IMG/VR virus record: IMGVR_UViG_3300020042_013343
Location: 1 to 24,673 of that record
Strand: one strand, 5' to 3'
Length of the DNA stretch: 24,673 nucleotides
Source: a virus
Taxonomy: Duplodnaviria > Caudoviricetes
A program made the position numbers and the translations under genes. Below are positions 23,825 through 24,673 of the stretch, in pieces. Numbering within the stretch: the stretch's first letter is position 1; the number at the start of each line of letters is the position of its first letter. The notes below the pieces were generated by a model. It ran no database searches, had not been told where the DNA came from, and saw only the letters and a program-made list of their open reading frames with translations.

Positions 23825-24118
23825 ATGGAAATTTTAGTAATAATACTAAGTGTAGTGGTTTTAGGGTTAGGATATATAGTATTCAACCTAAATCGTAAAG
23901 TAATTAAACAAGAATCTATAATAGAATTCCAAGTAGGTTATTTAAGAAATGTTGCGTATCTTATTAATGAATCAAAAATTTATGTTGAACAATTAGATGA
24001 GAAAGGTACATTTAGATCAGATGACGAGGTCGGAGTTTTCTTTAATTTCATGAAAGAAATACAGGAAACTATAAATGATTACCGCCTCCCTGAAGATTAT
24101 GGCAAAACCACAAAATAA
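23825..24118 (+). CDS. N-terminally membrane-anchored hypothetical protein
   Basis: Hydrophobic first ~20 aa. Confidence 0.7.
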   Translation: MEILVIILSVVVLGLGYIVFNLNRKVIKQESIIEFQVGYLRNVAYLINESKIYVEQLDEKGTFRSDDEVGVFFNFMKEIQETINDYRLPEDYGKTTK

Positions 24119-24673
24119 AGACAATTACTATTTCACTCAAGGAACGGAGGATGCAATCGTAAGATATAACGCATCCTCTGACCCTGTTTTTAGAGATAAG
24201 ATATTTGCAAAAGAAATTTATCACCCACTTTACAAATTAGCAGAAAACATTATTCATACTTTTAAATTTTACTACCTCGATGTTGATAGTATAGAAGATC
24301 TTAAGTTAGATGTAGTAAGTATGCTAGTAGAAGAAAAACTTCACAGATTTGATCCAACTAATGGAGCAAAAGCCTTTTCCTACTTCCAGACAATAGTAAA
24401 AAGATGGCTTATTAATTATAATAATAAGAACTATAAAAAGCTAAAACAAGTAGGATCTTTTGATGAGATGGAAGATTCATACGAAGTAGAGGGAGTCCCA
24501 AACTCAGAAAGAAAGGTAACATTAGCAGTTGTAGTAAATGAGTTTATAGAAAATAGTTACAATAATATTGAAACACTTTTTCCAAAAGAACAAGATCAAA
24601 AAGTTGCAGATGCAATTCTTACCCTATTTAATACACGTCACGATTTAGAGATATTTAGAAAAAAAGCTTTATA
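24099..24673 (+). CDS. Phage sigma-factor-like protein (gp55-like), 3'-truncated; not in the track
   Basis: Open frame MAKPQNKDNYYFTQ...EDLKLDVVSMLVEEKLHRFDPTNGAKAFSYFQTIVKRWLI resembles sigma region 2.2-2.4. Confidence 0.65.
   Translation, partial: MAKPQNKDNYYFTQGTEDAIVRYNASSDPVFRDKIFAKEIYHPLYKLAENIIHTFKFYYLDVDSIEDLKLDVVSMLVEEKLHRFDPTNGAKAFSYFQTIVKRWLINYNNKNYKKLKQVGSFDEMEDSYEVEGVPNSERKVTLAVVVNEFIENSYNNIETLFPKEQDQKVADAILTLFNTRHDLEIFRKKAL

Overview
AT-rich, almost entirely plus-strand segment of what looks like a large lytic phage of a Bacteroidota host. The evidence is dense short hypothetical ORFs, A-rich translation starts without Shine-Dalgarno sequences, Bacteroidota-type TTG-N20-TAnnTTT promoters and a partial gp55-like sigma factor. 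Left (1-4200): nucleotide-sugar and glycosylation cluster (RmlB, split transketolase-like pair, SDR, GT2). 4.2-10.3 kb: small genes including a DksA/TraR-like zinc finger, a degenerate HNH protein, DUF932 and methylglyoxal synthase. 10.3-10.9 kb: 12-bp-period AAACCG repeat blocks. 10.9-20.3 kb: about 25 short genes, most preceded by the same promoter-plus-leader module (20 promoter copies, several fused to terminator hairpins), resembling an early or host-takeover cassette array. The same AAAACCG motif recurs inverted at about 20.38 kb. Most notable candidates: (1) a hairpin-flanked 14-nt antisense copy of the shared leader at 17382-17395; (2) an unannotated ArfA-like ORF whose terminator precedes its stop codon; (3) two minus-strand promoters pointing into non-coding, structured regions. 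Right end: T5orf172-domain protein, lipoprotein, HD hydrolase and sigma factor. All family calls are motif recognition by eye; no searches were run.
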